From Gemmatimonadaceae bacterium (GTDB lineage Bacteria; Gemmatimonadota; Gemmatimonadetes; Gemmatimonadales; Gemmatimonadaceae): a stretch of 64,000 nt of DNA. The translations under genes and the position numbers were made by a program. The notes beneath the pieces were generated by a model. The model ran no database searches, had not been told where the DNA came from, and worked only from the letters and a program-made list of their open reading frames with translations. Of the stretch, positions 39,872-51,180 are shown one piece after another. The stretch lies in the NCBI GenBank assembly GCA_044224875.1, contig JBGAJQ010000003.1, positions 32,001-96,000 on the forward strand, in the 5' to 3' direction. The stretch's first letter is position 1, and every line of letters starts with the position of its first letter.

Positions 39872-40896
39872 GCCCGCACCCGCTCGCCGTGTGCGGCCGT
39901 GGACGAATCGGGAAGCACGCCCGGCGCTCCCGATCGGCCCGAGACAACGTGCGCGGTGTAGGTCATGAAGCAGACGGCCACCCAGACGGCGGTGCCGATC
40001 GCCTCATGCACGGATCGTAATACCGCCGGGAGTTGCAGGTCGATCATGGTGACGGCTACCAGGACCTGGGCCACGGTCGTGCCAAAGGCCGTGAAGGCCA
40101 ACGTAGCCAGGCCGTGCTCCCTGCGCCGCAATGTGGCGAAGGCGACGCCGAGCAGGTGGAAGAAGAGGGTGAAGGCAAAGATGCGATGCGTGAATTGCAG
40201 GTGCTGCTCTGGAGCGGAGGGCAGGATGCCTCCATCGCAGAGAGGAAAGCCGGTGCAGGCCGTGTTTGCGCCGGGAATGTTTGCGGTGAGTGCGCCCAAG
40301 ACCACGGTCACGAACGCGAGGACAGCAGCGGCGTAGGCAGCGCGCGCGGCTGATGGGGCGGCGGCCCAGTGACTGGCGATGGAAGGAACCGAGGGGCGTT
40401 CGAAGGATGACGGTGAGCTGGTGGCCAGAGCGTATTTTTCTAAGCGGGGGGGGCCCCCCGCGCGGACAACCGCCACAACCAACGTCGCCAGCAGCGACAT
40501 CGCGATGGCGAGATGCGTCACGATCACCGCCTTGTTCGCCAACGCCAGCCACACCGTCACCGCGCCGAACACCGCCGCCGTGATCACCAGGACCGCTGCA
40601 AGCACCAGCGGGCGCAGCACTCCGTGCGCACCACCGACGCCCGGCCGCTCCCGCCGCAGCCATGCTACCACCAACGTCACGAGGATGGCTGTCGTCAGCG
40701 TCGCCGCGAAGTATCGGTGCGAGACCTCGATGATGAGGTCCGCCCGATCGAGCGGTGGGAACCAATAGCCCTGGCATCGCGGCCAGTGCTCCCCACACCC
40801 CATACCGGAACCCGTGATGCGCACGATCGCCCCGAAGACGATGTGTCCAAATCCCAGCACCAGGGAAAGCCAGGACAGCCGTCGCAGGGCAATCAC
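39868..40896 (-). CDS. ctaA: Heme A synthase (COX15/CtaA)
   Basis: GAIVRITGSGMGC..WPRC, EVSHRY, second Cys pair CTGFPLC, QFTHR, conserved His residues. Confidence 0.9.
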
Positions 40897-41168
40897 CGCC
40901 GCCCCTCCGCCACCGCGGTCGTCACGGACGACTCGTTAGGCTCACGGTACGCCGCTCGCCAACTGGCGAACAGCGTGTACCCCAGCACCAATGCAGGGAG
41001 AATCACCCAGGCGACCTCTCGGACGCGACCGGCCCTCGTCTTCGACGCGGCCGGCGTCCGGCCCAGAAAGAGGGAGCGCACCACCATCGCCTGCGCGACA
41101 AGACAGAGCAGGGCAGCGGGCCAAAACAACGTGGACAATGCAGGGTCGAGGCGGGAGGGGAACGACAA
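40893..41168 (-). CDS. Small two-TM protein resembling the cytochrome c oxidase subunit II membrane hairpin
   Basis: Two TMs, REVAWVILPALVL resembling COX2 LEIxWTxIPxxIL; overlaps the ctaA start; TTG start inferred. Confidence 0.55.
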   Translation of the reverse strand: MSFPSRLDPALSTLFWPAALLCLVAQAMVVRSLFLGRTPAASKTRAGRVREVAWVILPALVLGYTLFASWRAAYREPNESSVTTAVAEGRR

Positions 41169-41306
41169 GCAACTCGCGGCGATCAAATCAATGCAACGGG
41201 AAGCAGTGGCGAAACCCTCGATGCGCGCGGTCGAGACCATCACCCTTGCGTTCGGGGTATGTCCGCCGCATCTAGCCGCACGCAAGTCCTTTCCCTACCA
41301 TAGCGT

Positions 41307-42658
41307 ATGAGCGATAACGCACCAGCCTCCGCGGCCGACCGAGCGGCAGTCAACTCCCCCGGCGCGCCACAATCACTTCCCCGGCGGATCGGACTCTGGA
41401 GCGCCATCGCGGTCGTGGTTGGCTCCACCATCGGCTCGGGGATCTTCAGGACGCCGGCCGGAATCGCCGATCGCGTCCCGGGACCCGCGCCGTTGCTGAT
41501 CATCTGGGTGCTGGGGGGTGTGGTCGCCCTCTGTGGCGCGTTGACGCTGGCGGAGGTGGCGGCGGAAATCCCCGCCACCGGAGGCTTCTACGCGTTCTTG
41601 CGCGAGGGCTGGGGACGGCTCCCTGCGTTCCTTTTCGGCTGGTCGCAGCTCACCATCGTTCGCGCGGCGGCGCTCGGCGCCATCGCCATCACGTTCGCCG
41701 AGTACTTTCTGCGCGTCCTCGGCTACGACCCGAGGGTGGCGCCGTTCGACCGTTACTCACACTACCTGGCGGCGGTCGCCATTGCTGTCACGGCGTTGTA
41801 CAACATCGTGGGTGTTCGTTCCGCAACGGCCGTAACGAACCTAACGACGCTGGCAAAGTTTGGCGGGTTGGCCTTCATCATCGGAATGGCGTTGGCCGTC
41901 GGCTTGCCGCAGACAGGCGGGCACTTCACGCCGGCCATGCCAGTGTCACCGTGTGGGCGTACGACGGCTGGGGTGACCTCAGCTACATTGGGGGTGAGGT
42001 CACGAACCCGCAGAAGAACCTGCCGCGGGCCCTGATAGGAGGCACGCTAGCGGTGATCGCGATCTACCTGCTGGCCAACGTCGCCTACCTCACGATGTTG
42101 CCGGTGGAGGAGATGCGGACGTCCAAGCTGGTGGCAGCGGACGTCGCCGAGCGGCTCATGGGGCGTACCGGTGTCGTGTTTGTCTCGGCGACGGTGATGC
42201 TGTCCACCTTCGGCACGTTAGGCACCGTGCTTCTCACCTCGCCACGGGTGCTCTTTGCCATGGCAGCGGACGGCTTGCTGTTCCGGAAGGTCGCCGCCGT
42301 TCATCCGAAGTACCAGACCCCATACGTCGCGATTTCGCTGGTGGCGTTCCTGGGGTTGGTGTTCGTACTCATGAACACCTTCGAGAAACTGGCCGACACC
42401 TTCGTGATTGCCATGCTGCCGTTCTATGCCGGCGGCGTGGGAGCGATCTACCGCCTCCGCGCTCGCCCGGGATATGTGCCAAAGTTCCGCGCGTTAGGCT
42501 ATCCGGTCGTACCAGCCATCTTCCTGCTCTCGGTCGCATACCTGTTGCTGAACCAGGTGATCGATCCGTCATCGCGGAACTGGGCCATCGGTATTTTCGT
42601 GATCATCCTGGCTGGCATTCCGGTCTACCGGCTGACCGTCGGCAAGCCGCAACGTTAG
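41307..42658 (+). pseudogene. APC-family amino acid permease, frameshifted by apparent internal deletion at about 41942-41951 (or an assembly error)
   Basis: N-half GSTIGSGIF...GGHFTPAMP in one frame; C-half VWAYDGW...GEVTNPQKNLP in another; the helix before WAYDGW is missing relative to the paralog at 36866. Confidence 0.75.
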
Positions 42659-42662
42659 GCAC

Positions 42663-43430
42663 ATGCCGGACGCCCGCCCCTGGGTCGTCGGTGACGCGCG
42701 CTGGCCCGCGGTGCGCGAGGCGCACTACCACACGGCGATCCTCCCGTGGGGGGCGACCGAGGCGCATAACACGCACCTGCCGTACGCGACCGACACCATC
42801 GAGTCGACGTGGATCGCCGAGGACAGTGCGCGCCGCGCCTGGGGACTCGGCGCCCGATGCGCGGTCCTTCCAACGATCCCGTTTGGCGTGCAAACCGGAC
42901 AGCGAGACATTCCGTTCTGCATCAACATGAACCCGTCCACGCAGGCGGCGATCCTGCAGGACGTCGTGCGCTCCCTCGAGCCACACCATGTGCGGACCCT
43001 GCTGATCTTGAACGGGCACGGCGGCAATGATTTCCGACAAATGATCCGGGAAATTCAGCCGTCGACGGCTTTGTTCTTGTGCGTCGTCAACTGGTACACA
43101 TGCGTTCCAGCGGCCGAGTACTTCGATGTCCCAGGCGACCATGCGGGCGAACTGGAGACCAGCGTCGTCCAACACATCGCTCCACATCTCGTATCGCCAT
43201 TGAACGAGGCGGGGAGTGGCGACGCCAAGCGGCCGGGCATTCAAGCGTTCCGTGAAGGCTGGGCGTGGGCGCCGCGTCCTTGGACGAAGGTCACGTCGGA
43301 TACCGGCGTCGGTGACCCTCGGCGCGCCACGCCTGAGAAGGGCGCGCGATACCTCGAGGCTGTATGTGAACGCCTGGCGCACCTGTTCGTCGACTTGTCG
43401 TCTATGGATCCGCGGGAGATGTACGAATAG
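42663..43430 (+). CDS. Creatininase/creatinine amidohydrolase family protein
   Basis: GATEAHNTHLPYATD, NGHGGN, DHAGELETS and GVGDP motifs. Confidence 0.9.
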   Translation: MPDARPWVVGDARWPAVREAHYHTAILPWGATEAHNTHLPYATDTIESTWIAEDSARRAWGLGARCAVLPTIPFGVQTGQRDIPFCINMNPSTQAAILQDVVRSLEPHHVRTLLILNGHGGNDFRQMIREIQPSTALFLCVVNWYTCVPAAEYFDVPGDHAGELETSVVQHIAPHLVSPLNEAGSGDAKRPGIQAFREGWAWAPRPWTKVTSDTGVGDPRRATPEKGARYLEAVCERLAHLFVDLSSMDPREMYE

Positions 43431-43922
43431 GAGTCGTCGGCGACTTGGCGGGCATTGCCTTGGCAGGCGCGGGTTTCGCTGGAGCGGCTGCCGGCTTCGC
43501 GGGCGCCTTTGACAGGACGAGGTAGCACGAAGGAGCCGGCGGAGAGATTGGACGAGGTGGCACGCGGCTTTCCAGTTTCTTGGGCTGTCTGAGTGCGCGC
43601 GGCCGCTCGATCCTCCGTGCGTGTCTTGGTCGACAAGGGGCGAGGCGCGATGGGCCGACTGCCGTCGAACGGTGCGTTCCGGCGAATCCCTTGCGTGCTT
43701 TGTGACGACACCTTTACCGACGCGCATCGACGAGGCGCTGAGCGCATAGTTATCGATGAGTGGTGCATGCCTCGTAGGTGATGCACGCACGCGACGACCG
43801 TAGGTTGCCCCACGCCGTCAAGTCGCTTGACCCCTCCCCCCGATTCCGGCACCTTTTTCACGCGCCCGCGCGTGCGATTTTCTGTGCGCGGGATCACGCG
43901 ACTTCCCCCTTCGGACTAGCCC

Positions 43923-46900
43923 ATGAAATTTTCACGTGTTGTCATTGGCGGCGCGGCAATCTTGGCAGCCGTCGCCGCATTCCATCCCCAACGATTGGTC
44001 GCGCAGGGTGTCACGACCGGGGCGGTGGGTGGTGTTGTAACTGGCGACGACGGCCAGCCGCTGGCCAACGTACAGATTCTGGTGACGAACAAGGCGACGG
44101 GCGCCTCGGCCGGCGCGCTGTCGCGGGAAAACGGGCGGTACTTGGTGCCCGGTCTCGAGGTGGGTGGCCCATACGAGGTGACGGCCCGGCGCATCGGGTT
44201 TGAGCCGCAGACGCGCGGGAACCAGTACGTGCCGCTGAGTCAGGTGTTGAAGCTGGACTTCGTGCTGTCGCAGCGGGCCGCCGAGCTGCAGGCGCATCCC
44301 GACGTTGTCGCGCAACCTCGTCGACTTCATCAAGCTCGTTCCACAGGCATCTGCGTCTGGGCCCGGATACTCGGGCGGCGGTATGTCGAATCGCATGAAC
44401 AACGTGCAGATCGACGGCGCCACCGAGCGGGACGTCTTCGGGTTGGGCTCCACTGGCCAGCCTGGCGCTCAGGCGAACTCGAAGTCGGTGTCACTGGAAG
44501 CGGTGAAGGAGTTCCAGGTGCTGCTGGCGCCGTTCGACGTGCGACAGGGCAACTTTGGCGGTCTATTGCTGAATGCAGTGACCAAGAGCGGGACGAACCA
44601 ACTGCAGGGGTCAGCGTTCTACACGTACCGCAACCAGGACTACGGTCGCGACGTCCCCGTGCTTCGCGCCACGGCGTTCGACCGCACGATGTATGGCTTT
44701 TCGTTAGGCGGACCGATCATCAAGGACAAGTTGCACTTCTTTGTGGTGCCGGAGTTCCAGAAGGAGCACTCGCCGCTGTCTGGCCCGTTCCAGGGGCAGA
44801 CGTCGAGCGCCGTCGTGCCGTTCCCGGTGTCGAACGCCGACATTTCGCGGTTCAACCAGCTGATGGGGACGCTCGGTGAGACCGCCCTGGGTTCCGCGGG
44901 TGCGGTCGAGATCCCGAATCCGCTGACGAACCTGTTTGGGCGCATCGACTGGCGGCTGAACAACCAGACGCGGGTCGTGTTCCGGTATAACTACGGCAAG
45001 GCGGACCTGCTGCGGGCCCAGAATGCCCGGAATGCCTCGCGTGTGGTGTACACCGCGAACCTGCACGACTTCACATCGACGAAGCACGCGCCCGTCATCC
45101 AGATCTATTCGAACTTCAAGAACGGCACGTTCAATGAGATGTTCCTTGGCTATAACCAGGTGCAGGACCGACGCAATCCACGCACGACCTTCCCGCAGAT
45201 CACGGTCAACGGGGTGACGCAGATCGGCAAGGACGGAGCGGTCGTCGGCAACAATGCCACCATCCTCGGTGGATCCGACCAGTTTTCGCAGGGTAACGAG
45301 TTGGACACGAAGACGTACGAGCTGACGGACAACTTCACGATTCCACGAGGCAATCACTCGTTCGTCATCGGCACGCGCAACGAATTGGTCAAGCTGCGCA
45401 ACCTGTTCACCCAGAGCTCGTTTGGCGTGTGGTCGTTCCGCAACCTGGACTCGCTGGCGGCCGGCAATGCCAACACGTTCCGCAAGGCGATCATCCTCAG
45501 CCAGGGCGGCAACGTGTACTTCGACGCACTCCAGAGTGCGTGGTATGCCCAGGATCAGTGGCAGTATTCGCCACGCCTCTCCATCACCATGGGTGTGCGC
45601 GTCGACTACTCGAAGTTCCTGACCGACCTGGCGTACAACGCCGCGATCGACAGCGCGTATGGCCGTCGGACGGATGACATTCCTCGCAACTCACTGCAGT
45701 TCTCGCCCCGTGTGGGCTTCAACTGGGACATGACGGGTGACCAGAAGAACCAGCTGCGCGGCGGTGTTGGGTTGTTCGTGGGAACGCCGCCGTACGTATG
45801 GCTGGAGAACGCGTACGTCAATTCCGGCAATATCATCACGTTCCTCAACTGCACGACGTCGTCGACGCCGGCGCCGGCCTTTACGCTCGACATTTCGAAC
45901 ATCAATGTCTGTCGTAATGGGCAGGGGACGAAGCCGATCGGCGACGTGAACTTCCTCAACAAGAGCCTGAAGTTCCCGCAACCGCTGCGTGTGGCGTTAG
46001 GCTACGACCGGCAGCTCAAGAGCGACATCGTGTTCTCGTTCGACGCGTTGTTCTCGAAGAACCTGAACCAGTTCTTCTTCGTCAACCGCAACCTCGCCGG
46101 TCCGCAGATGACTGACCGGTACGGTCGTACCGTCTACGCCTCGGCGATTTCGCTCACGGGAGCGCCCACCACGGTGTTGCCGCCGGCGGTCGTGGCCAAT
46201 GGTGGCGCCGCGCGCTTCAGCACGTCGATCGACCTCGAGAACCAGAACAAGGACTACGCTTGGAGCTTCACGCCGCAGCTGAGGAAGCGATTCTCTAGCC
46301 ACTGGGAAGGGAGCCTCGCCTACACCTACGCGCGCGCCCGCGACGTCCAGAGCTTCACGTCGTCGACGCACATCTCCAACTGGCAGTTCGGCCGCACGCT
46401 GTCGACGGCACAGGAAGATCCGCTGCTTGGCATCTCCCTCTTCGATCAGACGCACAAGCTCTCGGGGTCAGGGACCTACACCTTTGAGTGGAAGAGGAAC
46501 TGGGCCACGGACGTGTCGCTCTTCTATCAAGGCTTCTCCGGGAGTCCGCATGACTATGTCTACGCAGGCGCCTCCAGCACCGCGGGTGACCTGAATGGCG
46601 ACGGCCGCAACGGCAATGACCTGCTCTATGTTCCGCGCGACGCGCACAACGGCGAGGAGATTCAGTTCCGCACCATCGGCACTGGTTCCACCGCTGTCAC
46701 CGCGCAAGCACAGGCCGACGCGTTCGAGAAGTTCATTCAGAACTCGGATTGCTTGAACCGCTACCGCGGGCAGATCCTCAAGCGCAACATCTGCAAGCAG
46801 CCCTTCACCAATCAGGTGGACTTGGCCATTCGCCAGAGCATTCCGACATTGGCCGGCCAGCGCTTCTCGGTGCAGTTCGACATCTTCAACTTTGGCAACC

Positions 46901-47115
46901 TGCTGAACAAGAACTGGGGCCAGCAGAAGGTGACTGAAGCCAATTCAGGCGCCAACGCGAACGTGCCGCTGCTTACGCACGTTGGCCAGACCACGACCGA
47001 TCCGCGCACCGCGGTGAACATCGTGCAATTCAATACCAACCTGCGCGAGTACAGCGTCGGCAACTTCGCTTCGAACTACTGGAGGACGCAGGTGTCGGTG
47101 CGGTACAGCTTCTAG
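43923..47115 (+). pseudogene. Oar-like TonB-dependent receptor with carboxypeptidase-regulatory-like N-domain, frameshifted at about 44290 (or an assembly error)
   Basis: Signal peptide and N-domain up to SQRAAELQ in one frame; RIPTLSRN plug and barrel ending VRYSF in another frame. Confidence 0.75.
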
Positions 47116-47130
47116 GTCCTGCAGAGTAAC

Positions 47131-47164
47131 AGAAAAGGCCCCGGAGCGATCCGGGGCCTTTTCT
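47131..47164. terminator. Bidirectional rho-independent terminator
   Basis: AGAAAAGGCCCCGGA-gcga-TCCGGGGCCTTTTCT, with A/T tracts on both sides. Confidence 0.9.
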
Positions 47165-47280
47165 CGGCGTCGCACTCGAGGTGCTCCGGCGCATGCACGG
47201 CCAGGTCCTCACTTCCCACGCACGCCGAGCTACGGATGACAGATCGGGTCCCGCGACTACGCGTTAGGCCGTCACCCGCT

Positions 47281-48213
47281 TCAGTCGCCTGCTTCGACGG
47301 TGTCTTGGCGGCGGTTGAAGAAGCGGCTAACACCAGCCCCGATCTCCTTCGCCGCTGACACCACGGGGAGTACCTGCTGTTTCACGAAGCTCAGTGGCAA
47401 TTCTTCTGTCACGCCGTACGCCTCCGGCATGGCCTTCGGGTCGTAATGGAACGTACCGAAGACGTGGTCCCAGAGCATGAAGGTGTTGCCGAAGTTCGTG
47501 TCGTAGTGCCTCGGATCGACCGAGTGATGGACGCGATGGGCCTGGGGCGTGCACAACACGTACGTCAGGCGCCCGAGGTCGATGCGGATATTCGCGTGGG
47601 CCAGGAAGTCGACGGCCATGAAGATGACGCCGAACGGCGCCACCAGATCCGTCCCCAGCAAGAGCACCGCCGTCAAGTGCAACGGCGTGTGCACGAAGTA
47701 CTCCAGAATGTGCATCTGGAAGACGGAACTGAAGCTGAGATTCGTGGTCGCGTGGTGGACCTTGTGGAAGTTCCAGAGAATCGGAATCCGGTGCATCAGA
47801 CGGTGCGACCAATAGGCGGTGAAGGTCGCCACGAGGATCGCCAGCGGCATGTACAACGCCAATGGCATGGTCTGGTCCAGGTGCAACGATGGGAGGCCGG
47901 CCATGAGCCAACCCTTCCGGATGAGCGGCGTGACCACCAGCGTGTACACACCCATTTTGCCCGCCAACAACAGGTACGTCGTGCTCAGCAGTGTCGCGCG
48001 ATTCCACGGGCGCTTTTGAGCGGGCAATAAGAACTCGGCCAGCGCAAACCCGATCAGCAGAAATCCGTACCCGTAACCCGGGACGATCAGCCATCGAAGG
48101 AACTCAAAGTCCTTTGGCGGCAGCCAGCTGGGGCTGAAGATCCAGCCGACCGCCAACTCGAGTGTGTGCGCTACGGACTGCATCCAGTCAGGCACGCCGT
48201 GCTCCCTGTCCAA
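47281..48213 (-). CDS. Sterol desaturase/fatty acid hydroxylase family protein
   Basis: His boxes HRLMH, HKVHH, HRVHH and NFG..FMLWDHVFGT; start may be ATG at 48183. Confidence 0.88.
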   Translation of the reverse strand: MDREHGVPDWMQSVAHTLELAVGWIFSPSWLPPKDFEFLRWLIVPGYGYGFLLIGFALAEFLLPAQKRPWNRATLLSTTYLLLAGKMGVYTLVVTPLIRKGWLMAGLPSLHLDQTMPLALYMPLAILVATFTAYWSHRLMHRIPILWNFHKVHHATTNLSFSSVFQMHILEYFVHTPLHLTAVLLLGTDLVAPFGVIFMAVDFLAHANIRIDLGRLTYVLCTPQAHRVHHSVDPRHYDTNFGNTFMLWDHVFGTFHYDPKAMPEAYGVTEELPLSFVKQQVLPVVSAAKEIGAGVSRFFNRRQDTVEAGD

Positions 48214-48275
48214 GTAGTTTGACGAATTCGCTGCATCCTGAGTGCCAAGCTGGCGCCACTCCAGCTCAACGCGCG

Positions 48276-48869
48276 CTACACTGCGGGTCTCTCAACCGCC
48301 TTGTGCTCCAGGCGTGCCTGGATTCCGACGACCACCCACACGACGAGGAACACCATCACGGGCCATAGACCGACCGCGGTCGAGACGCACATCGCACCCT
48401 TCTTCAGGTTCGCACTCGACAGCGCAGGGACCTGTCCTGCGCCTTCGAACGAACATGCGACAGGGAGTGAGCTGTAGCCATAGCCAAACCACGCCAGTCC
48501 CGCGGCAGAGACAATCCAAAGGGCCGTGCGCGCGTGCGTGGGACCAACAAGTCGTCGAGCAATCTCCGTGACCCTCTGAACGATGCCGGTGCGGCTCTCG
48601 GGAGCCGGTGCTACCACCATGATCCAACCGAGCGCCGCAAGCGGTATGGCCAAAGTGAGCGGGATGAGGTCGATATCCCACACCACGCGATCCCATGTAG
48701 GGAGCCGCTCTGTGAACGCCCAAAAAAGCCACACGCCGATGGGCGACAGGAGAAGCGCGACGGCAGGTCCAATGAGGCCGCGGCGCCACAGGTGATGGCA
48801 AGCGACCACGACGACGACATAGGTCAGGGATAGGTAGAGGCCGAGCAACCGATCAAGTGCCGCCAACAA
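48276..48869 (-). CDS. Hypothetical membrane protein
   Basis: About five hydrophobic segments; GAGG before TTG start. Confidence 0.5.
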   Translation of the reverse strand: MLAALDRLLGLYLSLTYVVVVVACHHLWRRGLIGPAVALLLSPIGVWLFWAFTERLPTWDRVVWDIDLIPLTLAIPLAALGWIMVVAPAPESRTGIVQRVTEIARRLVGPTHARTALWIVSAAGLAWFGYGYSSLPVACSFEGAGQVPALSSANLKKGAMCVSTAVGLWPVMVFLVVWVVVGIQARLEHKAVERPAV

Positions 48870-49060
48870 TGGACCTCACGATAGGGGTGCGTGCATACGC
48901 TTGCTCTCCCGCGGTCATAGCGCAAGGCGACCGGCTCGAGCGCGATCGCACTGCCGCCCGGCTCAACGGTTGATGTGCAATGCAGGATCGGTGTCCGGTG
49001 GCCTTGTCGGGCGTCGATGACGCGTGCTATCCTGCCGCTCCCACTTCCCCAGGCGAACCC

Positions 49061-50524
49061 ATGCGGGCCACCATGCGGGTGCTCGAAGCGACACTCCTTG
49101 AACGCATCGTCGATGAGGCGATGACGCTCCTCGAGCGCACGGGTGTGTTGATCGAAGATCCCCACGCGCGGAAGCGTCTGGAGTCGATCGGGCTTTCCGC
49201 GGACTCCGAAACACATCGGGTGAGGCTGTCGCGAGAGGTGGTGCAGCAGGCGCTCGCGACGGCTCCTTCCGCAGTGTCGCTGCACGACCGCGACGGCAAC
49301 CCAGTGGCCAACGTTGGCGGCAATCGCGTGCATTTCGTGCCGGCTTCCTCGGCCCTGCGGATACTCGACCGACGCACGCAGCAGGTGCGGGAGCCCAACT
49401 CCGCCGATTTCGCCGAGTACGTGAAGCTGGCGAATGGGCTGAAGAACATCTCGTACCTCTCGACAGCGTTCATTCCCAAGGACATTCCGCAAGACGTTGC
49501 CGACGTGTGGCGATTGTACCTGGTGATGGCGCATTCGAAGCGTCCGATCGTGTCCGGCGCGTTCACCGCCTGGGGGGTGCCGCGCATGGGCGAAGTGATG
49601 AGCATGTTTCGGGGCGGCAAGGACGACCTGGTGGCTCGGCCCATGTCGATCTTCACGGTGTGCCCGAACACGCCGCTCCGTTGGGGTGAGGATCCGATCT
49701 GCAACCTCATGGACTGCGCAGAGTGGGGTATTCCAATCGAGATTGTCCCGGTCTTGCTCCTGGGCATGATATCGCCAGCCACAACGGTTGGGGCCCTGGT
49801 GTTGCATACGGCGGAGGTGCTTTCGGGTCTGACGATCGCGCAACGTGTCCGGCCAGGCACGCCGGTCTTGTTCGGTGGAGCGCCGGCGTCGTTCCACATG
49901 CAGCTGATGAGCAATCCGATGACGGCGGTCGAGGCGTTGCAGCTATACTGCGCGTACGCCGAAGTCGCGAAGTTCCTGAAGCTCCCCTGTCAGGCGTACA
50001 TGGCGCTGTCCGACTCGAAGTTCAACGATCCGCAGGCTGGCATGGAGACAGGCGTGGGCGCGTTTCTGGCCGCGCTCGCCGGCATCAACTCGGTGTCTGG
50101 GCCGGGCATGCTGGACTACGTGAACTGCTTCTCCCTGGAAAAGCTCGTGTTCGACGACGAAGTCGTGGCGCATGCCCAGCGTTTCATCCGCCCGGTCGAG
50201 GTCAAGGAAGACTTGCCGGCGATGCCGCTGATGGACGAGCTGGTCCGCGACAAGCACCTGCTGATGTCCGAACACACGCTGGCCCACTGGCCCGAGGAGT
50301 TGTACCTGCCGGGGCCGATGATCGACCGCACCAATTGGGACCAGTGGGAAGTGCAGGGCTCGCGCGACTGGCGCGCCCGCGCGCTGGAAGTGATCGACGA
50401 AACCCTCGCCGCCTACGACGTCGAACCGCTGGCATCGGCCATCACCAGGGAAATCCAGGGACTCATCACCAAGACGTGCCAGGAGTCCGGCTTTGCCGTC
50501 CCCGCCTTCGACGCGATCCGATGA
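49061..50524 (+). CDS. Trimethylamine methyltransferase (MttB) superfamily protein, non-pyrrolysine
   Basis: LLERTGV...PNTPLRW, SPATTVGALV..TAEVLSGL, PGTPVLFG, SDSKFNDPQAGME, GMLDY...SLEKLV.DDE; no in-frame TAG. Confidence 0.88.
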   Translation: MRATMRVLEATLLERIVDEAMTLLERTGVLIEDPHARKRLESIGLSADSETHRVRLSREVVQQALATAPSAVSLHDRDGNPVANVGGNRVHFVPASSALRILDRRTQQVREPNSADFAEYVKLANGLKNISYLSTAFIPKDIPQDVADVWRLYLVMAHSKRPIVSGAFTAWGVPRMGEVMSMFRGGKDDLVARPMSIFTVCPNTPLRWGEDPICNLMDCAEWGIPIEIVPVLLLGMISPATTVGALVLHTAEVLSGLTIAQRVRPGTPVLFGGAPASFHMQLMSNPMTAVEALQLYCAYAEVAKFLKLPCQAYMALSDSKFNDPQAGMETGVGAFLAALAGINSVSGPGMLDYVNCFSLEKLVFDDEVVAHAQRFIRPVEVKEDLPAMPLMDELVRDKHLLMSEHTLAHWPEELYLPGPMIDRTNWDQWEVQGSRDWRARALEVIDETLAAYDVEPLASAITREIQGLITKTCQESGFAVPAFDAIR

Positions 50525-51180
50525 CCGACTACGCCCAGATGAACCAGGCCCTGTTCGAAGGGCAGCATGAAACGGTCAAGCAGATGACCGAGACCGCGTT
50601 GGCCGAAGGACGCGCGCCAAACGAAGTGCTGGAGGAAGGACTGATCGCCGGCATGACCGTGGTGGGCGAGGACTTCAAGCACAACCGCATCTTCGTCCCC
50701 GAAGTGCTGCTGGCGGCCCGCGCGATGAAGGCAGGCATGGCGGTGTTGCAGCCGCTGCTCACCGACCGCTCGGGCGCCAGCAGCTCGGCGGGAACCATCG
50801 TCATGGGCACGGTCAAGGGCGACTTGCACGACATCGGCAAGAACCTGGTTGGCATGATGGCCGAGGGGGCAGGCTTCACGATCGTCGACCTCGGCACGGA
50901 CACCTCAGCCGAGCGCTACATCGAAGCGGTCCGAAAGCACAACGCGAATATCCTGGGAATGAGCGCGCTGCTCACGACCACGATGATCTACATGCGCACC
51001 GTGGTGCAGGAGATGAAGGCCGCCGGACTCGCCCACGTGAAGATCTGCGTTGGAGGCGCGCCAGTCACCGGCGACTACGCCACCCAGATTGGAGCTGACG
51101 GATACGCCGCGGATGCGGCCAGCGCGGTGGAATTGTTCAAGCGTCTGGTGGCGCAGCAGACGATGCCTGCGTCGGCGTGA
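50521..51180 (+). CDS. Corrinoid (cobalamin-binding) protein, MtbC/MttC-like
   Basis: ATGA overlap; cap domain 'IFVPEVLLAARAM'; GTVKGDLHDIGKNLV (DxHxxG), SALLTTT, VGGAP. Confidence 0.93.
   Translation: MTDYAQMNQALFEGQHETVKQMTETALAEGRAPNEVLEEGLIAGMTVVGEDFKHNRIFVPEVLLAARAMKAGMAVLQPLLTDRSGASSSAGTIVMGTVKGDLHDIGKNLVGMMAEGAGFTIVDLGTDTSAERYIEAVRKHNANILGMSALLTTTMIYMRTVVQEMKAAGLAHVKICVGGAPVTGDYATQIGADGYAADAASAVELFKRLVAQQTMPASA

Noticed and set aside
43431..43922. About 490-bp intergenic region before the TBDR as a riboswitch or sRNA
   Set aside because: I could not recognise cobalamin, TPP, SAM or other conserved cores by eye; an Rfam/Infernal scan would be needed.
48870..49060. Cobalamin or SAM riboswitch upstream of the corrinoid operon
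   Set aside because: No B12-box or SAM-I consensus is visible.
49061..50524. Pyrrolysine readthrough in the MttB gene
   Set aside because: The ORF is uninterrupted with no in-frame TAG, and no pyl genes are in the window.
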